A stretch of 64,000 nucleotides of DNA. Source: Thecamonas trahens ATCC 50062 (Eukaryota; Protista; Apusomonadida). The stretch is from assembly GCF_000142905.1 (NCBI RefSeq), contig NW_013657664.1, positions 276,133 through 340,132 on the forward strand, in the 5' to 3' direction. Numbering within the stretch: position 1 is the stretch's first letter; each line of letters begins with the position of its first letter. Below the pieces are notes generated by a model, which was not told where the DNA came from, did no database searches, and saw only the letters and a program-made list of their open reading frames with translations. This document shows, piece after piece, positions 34,238-46,312 of the stretch. Both the position numbers and the translations under genes were made by a program.

Positions 34238-34695
34238 AAAAAGGACGGGGGGACGGTTGTAGCTTGCCCCTCTTCCGTGGGCTGCCGTTTGGCGGTTTGG
34301 TCGTTTGGCTCCTCCCCGGGGAGACACGGCTGGCTGGCCTCAAGCCAGAGGGATTCGATGAGTGGAGGGAGGTTTTGATCTGCATATCAACCTCATCACG
34401 AGCCAGAACGCCCGCCCCTTGTGGACTGTCTCGACGGCGCACGCTGTTTGAATCCTCGTCTGCTCCGCCTTTGCCTCGCCTTGTCCCCGCCTCTCCATCT
34501 GCCCGCCCGCCTCTCGAATTGGGCAAGGCCATCCATCAAAGTCACTTGGCGCGACAAGGCCTGACCCCACCCACCACCGCCCTCCCACCAACCCCGTGCA
34601 CGACGGCCAGGGCCGCTTTAACCTCGCCAGCCACCACTCTCATCCCCGTCACCGTCTTTCACCTTCGAACAGTAACGCGCTAGCCCACACTCATC

Positions 34696-36048
34696 ATGGC
34701 GGCAACAGGCTCGGCCGGAATGGCCGGACTCGGACTGGCGGCGGTGCGGAAGCAGCTGAGCCAGACGCTCGAGGTGACGGCGCTGCGGCTGCCGGTCCGG
34801 CTGTGCAACAAGTTCCGGATGGCGCTGGCGGATTACTCGCTTGTCTTGCCGCGGACAAGAGTCATTATCGACGACGATCAGAGCGTGACCGGGCGGAGGT
34901 TCCCTAGCCCGCAGCCTGGCGAAGACGACAGCGACGAGTCGGCAGCGGGCAAGACCAAGCTCTTGCTGTTGGCGCCCGAGATCGATCTGACGCTGGCGCA
35001 GCTTCCCGAGGCCGCACGGGCGCTGGTGGCTGAGCACAAGCTTGAGCGGGTGCCGTGGAAGGTGGTCAAGGGCTACGAGCTGATGACGGTCCAAGAGGTG
35101 CTCGACCAAGTTCTGCCCGAGGGCCTGGTTCGGCAGTCAGCCTTCTCGACCATCGGCCACATTGCCCACATGAACCTCCGCACCGAGGTTCTCCCGTACA
35201 AGAAGCTTATCGGCGATGTCATTCTCGACAAGAACACGCACCTGCGTACGGTGGTGAACAAGGTCGACACCATCGACAACACCTACCGCAACTTTGCCAT
35301 GGAGGTCATCGCTGGTGAGCCCAACACGGTGGCCACCGTCCGCGAGTCCGGCTGCACCTTTACCTTTGACTTTGCCAAGGTCTATTGGAACTCGCGGCTG
35401 GCGACCGAGCACGAGCGGCTGGTCTCGGTCTTCAGCCCGTCAGACGTCATCGCCGACATGTTTGCCGGCGTCGGCCCGTTTGCCCTCCCGGCCGCCAAGA
35501 TGGGCGCCACCGTGTACGCCAACGATCTCAACCCGGCGTCTGCCGAGGCGCTCGCCGCCAACGCCAAGGCCAACCACGTCGACAAGAAGATCCACGTCTC
35601 CAACGCGGACGGCCGCGACTTTATCCGCGATCTCATTGCCCGTCGCGTCCCTTTTACCCAGGTCGCTATGAACCTTCCGGCCATCGCCCCTGAGTTCCTC
35701 GACGTCTTCATCCACGCCTTTCCGCGTGACGCCTACCCGGTCCTCCCGCGGGTCCACTGCTACTGCTTCTCCACCGCCGCAGACACTTCGGCTGACGTCC
35801 TCGCCCGTGTCACCGGCGTCCTCACCTCTGCTCCGCTCGACTACTCGATCTCGGTTGTCCGCTCCGTTGCTCCGCACAAGGACATGATGCGCATTTCCTT
35901 CTCGCTCCCGCCCGACACCGTGTACGCGCCTGCCATCGCCGACACCTCTGCCACCCGCAAGCGCCCTGCTGCCGACCTTGATGACGAAGCTGCTGGCGAG
36001 TCGTCGCCGGCCAAGAAGGCCAAGGGTCTTGGCGGTGCCGATGCTTGA
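34696..36048 (+). CDS. TRM5: tRNA (guanine37-N1)-methyltransferase
   Basis: IGHIAHMNL, VVNK, FDFAKVYWNSRLATEHERL, DMFAGVGPF, ANDLNP, MNLP, VHCYCF. Confidence 0.96.
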   Translation: MAATGSAGMAGLGLAAVRKQLSQTLEVTALRLPVRLCNKFRMALADYSLVLPRTRVIIDDDQSVTGRRFPSPQPGEDDSDESAAGKTKLLLLAPEIDLTLAQLPEAARALVAEHKLERVPWKVVKGYELMTVQEVLDQVLPEGLVRQSAFSTIGHIAHMNLRTEVLPYKKLIGDVILDKNTHLRTVVNKVDTIDNTYRNFAMEVIAGEPNTVATVRESGCTFTFDFAKVYWNSRLATEHERLVSVFSPSDVIADMFAGVGPFALPAAKMGATVYANDLNPASAEALAANAKANHVDKKIHVSNADGRDFIRDLIARRVPFTQVAMNLPAIAPEFLDVFIHAFPRDAYPVLPRVHCYCFSTAADTSADVLARVTGVLTSAPLDYSISVVRSVAPHKDMMRISFSLPPDTVYAPAIADTSATRKRPAADLDDEAAGESSPAKKAKGLGGADA

Positions 36049-36483
36049 ACGCAAAGTAAATATACAGCTCATCGAGCCTGTGGCTTGCAACGACTTTGAG
36101 AAAGCAAGCTGGCGTGCGGCGGGTGGCCGGCCGGCGAGCGGCGGGTGGTGCCACCCCACTTGCTCGTTCCTTGTACGTGACGACCAGCGCCGGGGGGGGA
36201 GGGGGGGGGGGGGGGTGGGCATCCCCTACGACATACCCCCGCCCCCTCCCCCCTTCCAACATCCTCCCATACACTCTTGCCCATTACAGCTATCACCCCA
36301 TGCATACCATGTCTCTCCAGCTAGAGCATGGCTTTATGGATGGCTTGGGCATGGCCGGTGGGCGCGAAACCGGACAAAGGCGTGTGGACTTTGCCCTGTG
36401 GAGGAGGAAGGGCAGAGGGGAGGGGAGGCGGCTTTGGGCTAGGGAGAGACTGACTCTGGCATGGATGTCATACGTGTGCGTAT

Positions 36484-36488
<5 letters not shown>

Positions 36489-36527
<39 letters not shown>
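36489..36527. repeat. (TG)n microsatellite
   Basis: About 19 TG units. Confidence 0.95.
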
Positions 36528-36529
<2 letters not shown>

Positions 36530-36588
36530 TTGTTGTGGCGGTTGTTTGTTCTGCTGGCTGTGGTCGACTTGTGGCGGCAGGCCTTCCC

Positions 36589-38648
36589 ATGCCCGTGTGC
36601 TGCCAATGCGGCGAGACCAAGACCCGGTCACAGTTCTCGCGCAGCCAGCTGCGGAAGGCCGAGGGCCGTCGATGCCTGTTGTGTGTTGAGGAGTCGTCGA
36701 CCAAGCCGCGGAAGACGACATCGCTGCCCAAGGCCATCCGCATGGCTCCTGGCGACGAGGTGGCCGACGGGAGCGGGGCGGAAGCCGCCGCGAGCACCGG
36801 GCTTGGCTCGGGCTCGGCCGAGGCTGCAACTGCGGCGCGGCCGCGGAAGGGGCGGAAGCGGCGCAGACGGCGTGGGCGGCGCGGCGGGCGGCGGAATCGC
36901 AACCGGAGGCGCAAGGAGGCGATTCTTGCAGCGGCGCAGGCCGAGCTTGCCACGCCGCTCTCGAACCAGACGGAGCCGCTGGTCGAGTCGTCGCTGGCGC
37001 GGGCGACACAGCTTGGCGACGTGACGCTTGTCAAGATGCTGGAAGCTGTGCTCTCGTCGCTGCGGTCGGTGCAGGATTCGGTGCCGGACATTGGCGCGCC
37101 GCCGGTGCTGGACACGACCGAGCCGATTGCGGTGGCTATCGACGTGGGCGAGGAGGTGGCGGTGGAGCTGTCGACTGGCGGACGTGAGTCTGGCTCGGGG
37201 CACACCTCGGACGAGGTCCACACGGTGCTGGAGCTGCTGCAGACCCCGACCCGCGGCTCGATTGCACGACCGGGCAAGTTCAACACTACGCTCCCAGATT
37301 CTGACTCGTTTGCCTCGGAAGAGTACGATGAGGACGACGGCGACGTTGCGGGAGAGCTTAGCCTCGGCGGAAGCACGACCGGGCCGGCGGCGGAAAGTAA
37401 GTCGCCGGTGTCGAGTGCAGCGGCGCTGCCGTCGGAAGACGTTGACCTGTTTGACCGGCTCGAGTCGGGCGTGCCAGACTCGGCACAGCTCTTCTCGCCG
37501 GCCGGCTCGGACTCTGGCGACGACCTGAGTGCGTCGAGCGTGGGGCAGGCCAGGCCGCTGATGCGGCCGACGGCGAGACTGGGTGCGACGAGCACTCGTT
37601 CGACGGCGAGCACGGGAGCGACGATGAGGGCGACGCCGACTCGGAGTTTGACGCTGGAAGCGAGGACGAGTACGATGCAGGATCAGAGGCGTCGTGGGAA
37701 GACACGTTTCCGTTTGAGGAGAACATCTTTGCGCTCAACCACCGGTTTGTGTTTGTGGAGAACATTGCGACCACCAAGGACATTGTGGTGTACCGGGCGC
37801 TGGACCGCGAGACAAAGAAGCTTGTGGCGATCAAGATTGTGGACGGGCTTGAGGGCGAGAAGGAGCCCAAGGAGGTGCGGATCTCGGCAATTGTGTCTGG
37901 CCATCCGTGCGTGGCGCACATGATCGAGTGGTATCCGATTCCGTCGACGCAGTGCTACGCGATTGTGTCCGACTGGGTTGAGGGCGTGGAACGCGAGGAG
38001 ATCAAGCCGCGGCACGCGTGCCTGTACATTCGCGACACGCTGGCGGCGCTGGTGCACGTGCAGGACAAGGGCATTCTCTACCGCGATGTCAAGCCTTCGA
38101 ACATGCTACTGCGGCGAGATGGCAAGGGTGCCATCATGATTGACTTTGACTGCGCCACCTTTTATGACGGCGGGCGCAACCACCTGTCGCAGTTGGGAAC
38201 CGAGGGCTACATGGCGCCGGAGATGATGGCGATTGCCGAGTTGCGCAACGAAGGCGTGCCCGACGAAGACATTGATGGCTACGGGCTTGAGGTCGACGCG
38301 TACTCGGTGGGCATTCTCCTCGGTGAGGTGCTCTTCCGCAAGGAGGACGAGGGCGAGACGTCCAAGGAGGACTTTCTGCGGTACATCTCGCTGCTGCCGC
38401 ACTCGCAGCAGCAGTTGCCGCAGTACGACTTGCTCCTCAAGCTGCTGGAAAACGATCCGGACAAGCGAATTGACCCGCGCGAGGCGCTCCAGCACCCGTT
38501 CTTTAAGGATCTGCCGCCGATCGGCTTTGGCTCGCTTGAGTTCTTCGACTCGAGCGAGGGCGAGGAGTCGGATGACGACTCGGCTGGCGACGACGATTCG
38601 CACGACGGCGTCAGCGGCAGCGGGAGTGGTGGCGACGGTGACGAGTGA
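36589..38648 (+). CDS. Ser/Thr protein kinase with N-terminal Stc1-like zinc-finger motif; apparent frameshift ~37541-37556
   Basis: VAIK, YRDVKPSN, IDFD, GTEGYMAPE, DAYSVG, DPDKRI; N-terminal CCQCGETKTRSQFSRSQLRK..CLLC; the kinase frame stays open upstream through an acidic linker. Confidence 0.8.
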
Positions 38649-38653
38649 GCTCT

Positions 38654-40017
38654 TCACGTGTGGGTGGTGGACGGCAAGTGACGTGCTGTCATCGGTGGCG
38701 GGCGGGGCCGCTGCCGCCATGGGCCGAGTGCAGCTGCCAGCCCCGGGGCCACAAACGTAGCTACGTTGGTGAGCCAGCCGGCATCGGCCGGGTTGGCAAA
38801 CAGCCCGTCGTCGTCTGCGAGGTAGCTGAGCTTGTGGGCGTTATAATACTCGTTGGTGGTGAGTCCTGCGGCGATGAGCCGGGTCTGGCGGGCGAGGAGG
38901 TTGATTGTGAAGGGCAGCGCGAGGAGGCAGTGGACCACGAGCCAGAACGTCCATGGATAGCCGGCGTACATGGCGGCGACGAAGCGGGCGGCGGCGACGA
39001 TGGGGTCGTGTGGCTCGGCCGCGCCATAGCGCAAGTGGGCGAGACTAGTGGCGTTGACGTAGAGGCAGGCAAAGGCGATGAAGAGGAGATAGGTGACGTT
39101 GACGGCCCACACAAAAAGTAGAACATGCGGTGGTTGGCGGCGCCAACGCAGGTGTTGGCCCACAGGCAGTGGTGGTCGTGGCGAAGGATGCAGACGTTGC
39201 AGACGGCGCAGTGCTTGGCGCGCCGCGGCATCAGCACATCGCACGGAATGCAGTAGTTGGGTGGAAGGCTACCGAGCGTGAGGAGCGTGTCCGGATTTGG
39301 AAGCTCGGCAGCAACAGCGGCGAGCATGGCGCGTCCGCGGGCGCCGTGCGGGACGGCACCGGGCTTGGACGAGAGGAACGACGCGTAGCCGTAGAGCATA
39401 AAGTTGCCGACGCCAAACATGATCGACGAGAGCAGCAGGTGCGAGGAGGTGAGCCGAAAGTAGACGACCCAGTACGTGCCGCCGAGCGCGACGCACATGG
39501 CCAGGGCCATGCCCACAAACCCGGTGTTGGGCGAGCCGCGCCGCGGCATCAGCGCCGCCCGCAGCCGCCGCCGCCACATGAAGCCACCAGCGATCGCGCC
39601 CAGCCACAGCGCGGCATGGCCAGCCCAGTGACCGACTGCCGCCAGCAGCGCTAGCCAGACCAGCAGAGCAGAGCCGGCGATGAAGCCAGGTTTCCACGGC
39701 TCGGCAGCTGCGGCTGCAATGACGGCCGCATCGGCGCGGCGGGCAGCAGCAGCAACGACGAGCGCCGGTGGGGCGTTGGGTGGCAGTGGCGCATCGGGAT
39801 TGCTAGCTAGCGGAGCAAGAACCCGCTCTTCGGCGCGAGCGAGGAACCGCGCCACGCCTGTGTGATGCCTCTCTGCCGCCGCAGCGCGGGCGGGCGTGCC
39901 ATCGGGGCCGGTGGCAAAGACGGCGTGTGGCGGCAGAGCGGCCAGCGCCGCCACAACTCCCACACCGTCGCCAAGTGCAGCCGCCGTCCACAGCTCTGTG
40001 GCGTCAACCATGGACAT
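38654..40017 (-). CDS. DHHC palmitoyltransferase with degenerate N-terminal ankyrin repeat; apparent frameshift at 39113-39117
   Basis: CIPC..PRRAKHCAVCNVCILRHDHHCLWANTCVGAANHR; GLTTNE motif in the downstream frame. Confidence 0.88.
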
Positions 40018-40092
40018 GCCCGTGGGAGGGGAGGGGAGGGTGTTGGGGAGTGGTGGGAAGGAGGGGTGAGCGGGGCTTGCGCCATGTGTGTT

Positions 40093-40125
40093 CAGATCAG
40101 ATCAGACCAGATCAGATCAGATCAG
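40093..40125. repeat. (CAGAT)n pentamer repeat in the divergent DHHC/CDK5RAP1 intergenic region
   Basis: cagatcagatcagaccagatcagatcagatcag. Confidence 0.9.
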
Positions 40126-40264
40126 CCTCTCCCCACCCCCCCCCCCCCCCCCTCCCCGCACCACCTCCCTTCTTTGTGGAGGTTGTTGTCACCGCTGTCG
40201 TCAACGTTACCGCGACCACGACCTCACTCGTCTCTCTCACTCCATATCGCGAGTCGACAGGACT

Positions 40265-42075
40265 ATGTTTGCGGTGCATGGTGCGCTTCGGACAGGAGTG
40301 CGTGCTGGATGGCGGACGGTGATGCCTGCGGGTGGGGCGAGCGGAGCGCGGCGGTGGATGGCGGGCGCAGCGGGGTCGGGCGAGGCGGCGATGGCGGGCG
40401 GTGCAGGTGGCGATGATGCGGCCGATGAGGCTGCAGGCGTTGGTGCAGGCGGACGGCAGCGACCGCGGCTGGAGGCACTGCGGGCCAAGCTGATGGCGGA
40501 GGAGGGAGTGTGGCCAGCCGGCGCGGGCGCGACTCGGGCGAGCGTGCGTGGCGGGGCTGGCAAGCGCGGCAAGACGAGGCAGGAGGGAGGCGGGAGCGGA
40601 CTGGCGGTCCACATCCAGACGTATGGGTGCCAGATGAACGTGGCCGACTCGGAGGTTGTGCGGGCGGTACTGGAGGATGCCGGATACGAGTTTGCGGCGG
40701 ATGCGGACGCGGCAGACGTGGTGCTGCTCAACACTTGTGCCATCCGCGACAATGCCGAGGCCAAGGTGTGGCGGCGGCTGCGGGCGCTGAAGGAGCAGGC
40801 CGAGGCGCGGACGGCGTCGGCACAGATGCGGCGTCGGCGGGTGGGCCTGCTGGGATGCATGGCGGAGCGGCTGAAGGAGCGGCTGCTGACCGAGGAGCGG
40901 CTGGTCGACGTGGTTGTCGGCCCGGACGCGTATCGTGACCTGCCGCGGCTGCTCGCGCAGGCCGAGGAGCGCGGGCGGCGATCAACGTGATGCTGAGTGC
41001 GGACGAGACGTACGCCGACATTGCGCCTGTGCGCGCGGATCCGGGGGCCAAGTCTGCCTTTGTCTCGATTGCGCGCGGGTGCAACAACATGTGCGCGTTT
41101 TGTATTGTGCCGCGGACACGCGGTCGCGAGCGGTCGAGGCCGATGGCGTCGATTTTGCGCGAGGTGGAGGCGCTGGCGGAGCAAGGCGTGCGCGAGGTGA
41201 CGCTGCTCGGGCAGAACGTCAACTCGTACGCGGACCTGTCTGCGGCGCCTGCGCCGGGTTTTGAGACTTTTGAGCTCTCGTCGGGCTTCTCGTCGATTGT
41301 CAAGCGCGATCAGGGCGGCGTCCGGTTTGCCGAGCTGCTGCAGGCGGTGGCGTCCGTCGATCCCACGATGCGCGTCCGGTACACCTCGCCGCACCCGCAG
41401 CATTTTCCGGAGAAGTTGCTGCACGTCATGGCGGAGACAGCAAACGTATGCAACTCGATCCACATGCCGGCGCAATCGGGCTCGGACAAGGTGCTGCAGT
41501 CGATGCGGCGCGGGTACACCTTTGACTCGTACATGGAGCTCGTGGGTCGGATCCGCGACATTGTGCCGGGAGTGCATCTCTCGTCGGATTTTATCGCCGG
41601 CTTTTGCGGCGAGACGCAGGCCGACCACGAGCAGACGCTGCGGCTGATGAACGAAGTGCAGTATTCCAAGGCGTACATGTTTGCCTACTCGATGCGCGAG
41701 CGGACGCACGCGCACCGCAAGCTTGTCGACGATGTGCCCGAGGAGGTGAAGAAGGCGCGGCTGGCCGAAGTCATCCAGACGTTTCAGACCAATGCTGCAG
41801 AGCTGCATGCGCGCGAGTCGGGGAGCAGGCATGTGGTCCTCGTTGAGGCGCAGTCAAAGAAGCGGGCTGGAGGGCTGGTGGGGCGGACCGACTCGAACCT
41901 GACGGTTGCGTTTGACGGGAGCAGCGCGCTGGCACAGCTGGACGGGCCGGGAGTGGCGCCGCGGGCACCGCAGCTCGGCGACTACGTGCAGGTTGAGATC
42001 GAGAGCACCGGCTCGCACACCCAGCTCGGCCGCGCCATCGGACTGCAGAGCGTGCCGTGGGTGGTGTCAGTTTAG
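40265..42075 (+). CDS. CDK5RAP1: Mitochondrial tRNA methylthiotransferase (MiaB / CDK5RAP1); apparent frameshift ~40970-40981
   Basis: [27 protein letters not shown], radical-SAM [27 protein letters not shown]-like C-terminus; presequence-like N-terminus. Confidence 0.93.
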
Positions 42076-42081
42076 AGTGTT

Positions 42082-43589
42082 TCAGCGGAAGATGGCCGGC
42101 GGCAGCGAGGCTGTGTGGCGGTGGCCGGACTGAGTCGGGCGGGACGCCGAACGGGAGCTCGGATTGGTGTCTGTAGCAAAGGGTACAAAGTCGCCAGTGG
42201 TCCAGATGCGGCTGCGCGAGACGCGGTGCCACTTGGAGTGTGAATACTTTTCCCACACGCCCTGAAGCTGGGCCGACGGCTCGTTGGCAAGCACTCCGGT
42301 GAGGTCCAGAATACAAGCCTGGAGGTCATCGGAGGTGAAGCCCGAGTAGTAGGAGAGCGACGGCGACCAGTAGTTCCAGCCGCGGGTGGAGAGGGCGAGG
42401 CAGAGCGAGGCGGCAGCAGTGAGCGAGGGCGGGTACTTGAGAAAGTCGTACGAGTGGATGGTGCACTCGCAGTAGTAGCGGGCAAGCGAGAGGATCTCGT
42501 CGGGCAGGTCGTCGACGGCGCGCGCGTAGCGGACAAGGAATGGCAGCGGCGTCGAGACTACAAGCTCAAACTTGAGCGTCTGCAGGATGATGGTCTCCAT
42601 TTGGATGACTTGGGCCCGCGAGTAGGTGTTGTCGGTGATGAAGACAAAGTCCTTGACCAGCGGCGGGTAGATCTCTTCAAACTTGGAGGCAACGAGCATG
42701 GCGGCGACGCCGACAAGCTGCAGCTTGCACCGCTTGACGTTGCGCTTGGAGAGGAAGCGGTCGATGTAGTTGATGGTGAGGAAGAGGGTTTCGGACTTGA
42801 GCCGGTACTCCTCGGCGACCTCGACGAGCCAGTCCATGAGGATAGCCCGCATCGCCGGCGTAATGTCGCGCTGCGCCGCCATGTAGTTGGGCAGCGGCGC
42901 CGTCCGCGTCTCGTTCTCCCGCAGCGCGGCGTACACATCCTCGGCGTACTCGGCGCAGTAGTTGGGGTCCGACAACACCGTCGCGTCGATGTTGGCCACC
43001 TCGTCGACGACTCCTGTGCCCGACGCCGACGCCTCGAGCGACATCGGCACCACGCCCGTCGGAGTGTCCACCGACAGCGCCGACCCGTTCATGCTCTCCT
43101 GAACGCTCTGCATCGAATCGTTCTGTGGCAGGTCATCCCTCTCTGGTGAGCGTGGAGCATTCGAGGGGAGGGCGAGCCGGCGCGGGGCGGGAGTGAAAAC
43201 GAAAAAGGGCGGGAAACACAATGCATGTTTGGCGCCAAGACGGCCGGGGCCACTCCCTCCGCCGCAAACACTACTGTAGCCGGACGGGGCAAGCAAAGAA
43301 GATAGACAGACTGGGACAAGGGCAATGAGCTAGCGTGTTGTGGACAAGGGTGGCATGCCGAGTGTGGCGGGAGTGGGTGTCGGAACCGGGAGGTAGGCGT
43401 GGCTGTGTCCACGGGTGGAGGCAGCGGGTGATGGGCGCGCCATCATGGCGCGCAATTGCGTACCATTGAGACATTCTTCGTGAGCGCCACCAAGGCCCGC
43501 GCATCCTCCGCAAGCGAATGTGTAAGGTAGGACGAGGACGAGGAAGCCGTGCTCGTTGGTGCTGGGTTGTAGTTGAACATCGACGACAT
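42082..43589 (-). CDS. CCNA: Cyclin A; inferred intron 43123-43463
   Basis: MRAILMDWLVEVAEEY, KLQLVG, SKFEEIYPP, FITDNTY; exon 1 (42 codons) inferred from a GTACGC donor and is less certain. Confidence 0.9.
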
Positions 43590-43872
43590 GATGCGTCGGT
43601 GATTGGGGGTGGGAGGGGGTGGGTGGGTGGGGTGGTGGGGGAGTGGAGCGTGCTTGGCTTGGCAAGAAAGCGCGGGCTCGGCCCATCGTTGCAGTCCGCC
43701 GCCTCCCGCCACGGCCGGGGAGGACATCACGCCGTCGTCATCGCCCTGCACTGGGTTTAGGGGTTTGTGACACGGGTATTTTAGCGGGGCCATGTGTAGG
43801 CGGCGAGTACGACTTGGGGTATGTGCGGATATCAAGGCCCCCGGGGCGGGGGAGGAAGCGATATCCTTGGGG

Positions 43873-44802
43873 CTAGTCGACGAGTGGGTCGCGGGCGCCG
43901 AGGACGACGTCGCGGAGCGTGTTGTTGGCGGCCCAGTTGACGCCCGACTCGAGGATGAGCGACTGGAGGACGTTGCGGAAGATGAGCGACTTGCGGTTGA
44001 GGAACTCGAGGTGGTTCTCTGCTTGGACGACGGAATGATTGCGGCGGGCAAGGTCGCGGATCTTGGCGTCGGAGAACTTGGCGACGGCGGCGCGGAGCGA
44101 GCGGTTGTGCTCTTGCAGGGTGCGGTCGTCCATGTAGATCTGGGCGAGTTCCTTCTCGTAGATGCGGGTGGCGGCGGTGAGCTCGGCAAGCTCGGTCACC
44201 TTTTGGTCGCGGGCCTTGATAAGAGCGACGACGGCGGCGTTGGCCTTGCGGTCGTAGTCTGAGGCGTGGAGCTCGTCCTGCGGCCACACATTGCTGGCCT
44301 CGTCCGGATGCAGCAGGGCCCGGGCAAGCTCAGACTGGTGGGTCCGCTCGATGAGCAGGTCCTGGCGGCGCAGCTCGAGAGTAGCGTGCAGCAGATCGTC
44401 CCGCAGCGCTGCGTTGGCCTCGACAAGGCCGTCGAGCAGAGCATCGACGGTGGAGCGGCCCGAGTCGACCGCAGCCGAGACTCGGGCGTTGAGCTCCCGC
44501 GGCAGCGATTCGAGGGCAGCTGTCACTGTTCGCGCGTCACCGGCCTGCTCTGCAAGCCACCGCTCGACCTGCAGCAGGAGGATGAGCTCTTGCTCGTCGC
44601 GGGTGAGCGCCGTGTCGGGCGCGGTTGAGGATGCGCCGGCGGGGAACGCCATGCTTGTTGCGTACAGAGACTGCGACGGGGAATGAGTGTGAGGATGTGG
44701 ATGGGAGGGATGAAGGGAAAGGGGGCCGGGGGGGGGGGGGGACGGGCGTACTTTGGCGGTGGAGGTGAGCGAGCCGTAGAGGTCGTCGAGGGCGGTGGTC
44801 AT
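43873..44802 (-). CDS. CENPH: Centromere protein H (CENP-H/Fta3)-like; intron 44671-44751
   Basis: Coiled coil followed by IFRNVLQSLILESGVNWAANNTLRDVVL, matching the CENP-H C-terminal motif. Confidence 0.75.
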   Translation of the reverse strand: MTTALDDLYGSLTSTAKVRPSPPPPGPLSLHPSHPHPHTHSPSQSLYATSMAFPAGASSTAPDTALTRDEQELILLLQVERWLAEQAGDARTVTAALESLPRELNARVSAAVDSGRSTVDALLDGLVEANAALRDDLLHATLELRRQDLLIERTHQSELARALLHPDEASNVWPQDELHASDYDRKANAAVVALIKARDQKVTELAELTAATRIYEKELAQIYMDDRTLQEHNRSLRAAVAKFSDAKIRDLARRNHSVVQAENHLEFLNRKSLIFRNVLQSLILESGVNWAANNTLRDVVLGARDPLVD

Positions 44803-46312
44803 GGCGGACGGGAATCTACGCTGTGTGGGGTAGGGGGCAGCGGGGAGGGGAGGGAGGCGTGTGTGTGCAGAGGGAGGGGAGGTGGATGCTGTGTATGTGC
44901 GTGGGTGGTGGTGGTGGTGGTGGTGATGTGGGTGGCGGTGGTGTGGTGGTGTGGGTGTGGGTGTGGTGGTGGTGTGGGTGAAGTGTGCAGGTGTGGCGCC
45001 AGCGCGATGTGGCGGGCAGCGGTCAAGAGATACCGCTGCCACGAGTTGCTATCACTCACGAGTGGCTGACCGAGGTTAAGCAGCTGGCACCGTGCTTTGC
45101 TAAGAGCTCCGATGGCGTTGACAAAGTCGGCTCGGGAAGAGCGGGAAGATACCGACTGACCCGTTCGATGACGATGCGCGACAATGACGACGGGCACTCT
45201 CTGGGCACACAATTCTTACCTTGATCTCGGGTGTACGCGAGTCTGCAGCTGCACATGTACGCGCGGATCACCGTGTCATCGGCACGATGGTCTTGCACTG
45301 AAGGCCAGACCAGTAGATGCAAGGAACACTTGCAAACCGTCGAGCCAGCGGAGCGACCGCTCGACCGGCAACTGAGAGTGTGTCGTCTCTGGTTTCGTAT
45401 GCTGTATTTTTGGGATGGCTGGCTTGTTGTCTTGAGCGGCTGCCTTCTTGGTGTGCTGATATCGATGACGATGCTGACAGTAGCTATGGCCATGTTGCTG
45501 AAGCGCTGCGGCTCGGCCGCTCTAGAGTCGACTCGGTGTGAGAGAGACGATTCATGCGACCATGGGACAGTGAATGAGCTTCAACGAACTGCAAAGATAA
45601 AGCCAGGCCAGTTGTAGAGGACAAACCGGGGAACGCTGTGTAGGGGTAGGTGAACATGGTTTGAAGTCTTGCTCTGCATCAAGCACAGTCATTGTCTTAG
45701 AAGGAGGAGGAGTAAGTGATCTCAGCGGCAGAAAGACCTCTTGCGTGGTTTGTATTGTAGATGCAATGACGACATTGGCAGTTAGGCGTGTGCAAGCTCT
45801 TGCAAGCATGAGCGGCGGATATGTTCTCGCCCGCCCTGAGCGATACACCCTTGCTCTTGGACTCTTCATTGCAACATGACTAACTACATGTATGGTGCAT
45901 GAGGGAGTACCACGGGATGGTAAATGAAGGGACAGACGCACTCGTAGTGGGATAGTGTTGTTAGCGATGGTCCGCTGGGCAAGTTTGGGTGTGCAAGCAA
46001 TTTTTGCCGGTGTGACGTGTCCGCGGCGCTAGTGTGCTTCGATGTGCTCTCACGGGATAGAAAGCAGTCTACAACCCATGGCTAAAGCTGACATCAATGC
46101 ACGTGCCACAAACATGCCTGATGTGGGGCTGACGAACAACATCGGTCCTTATTTCGTTGCACAGAGGCTCTGAAAGTGGGGCGTGGGTTAGGCGTCGGGT
46201 CGCCGCACGGTGTCGGCGAATTTGCGGCGGCTTCGGTCGACAAAACTAGCAGCGGCCTTCGCTGTGGAGACCAAGTCTTGTAACCTTTGAACCACCAGCA
46301 AGGACCGACATA

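Noticed and set aside
34696-42075. TRM5 and CDK5RAP1 both modify tRNA position 37 and lie ~4 kb apart
   Set aside because: Separated by unrelated genes; no evidence of a cluster beyond chance
43464-43505. Possible destruction box in cyclin A exon 1 (RALVALTKN)
   Set aside because: Spacing does not fit RxxLxxxxN; too weak to claim
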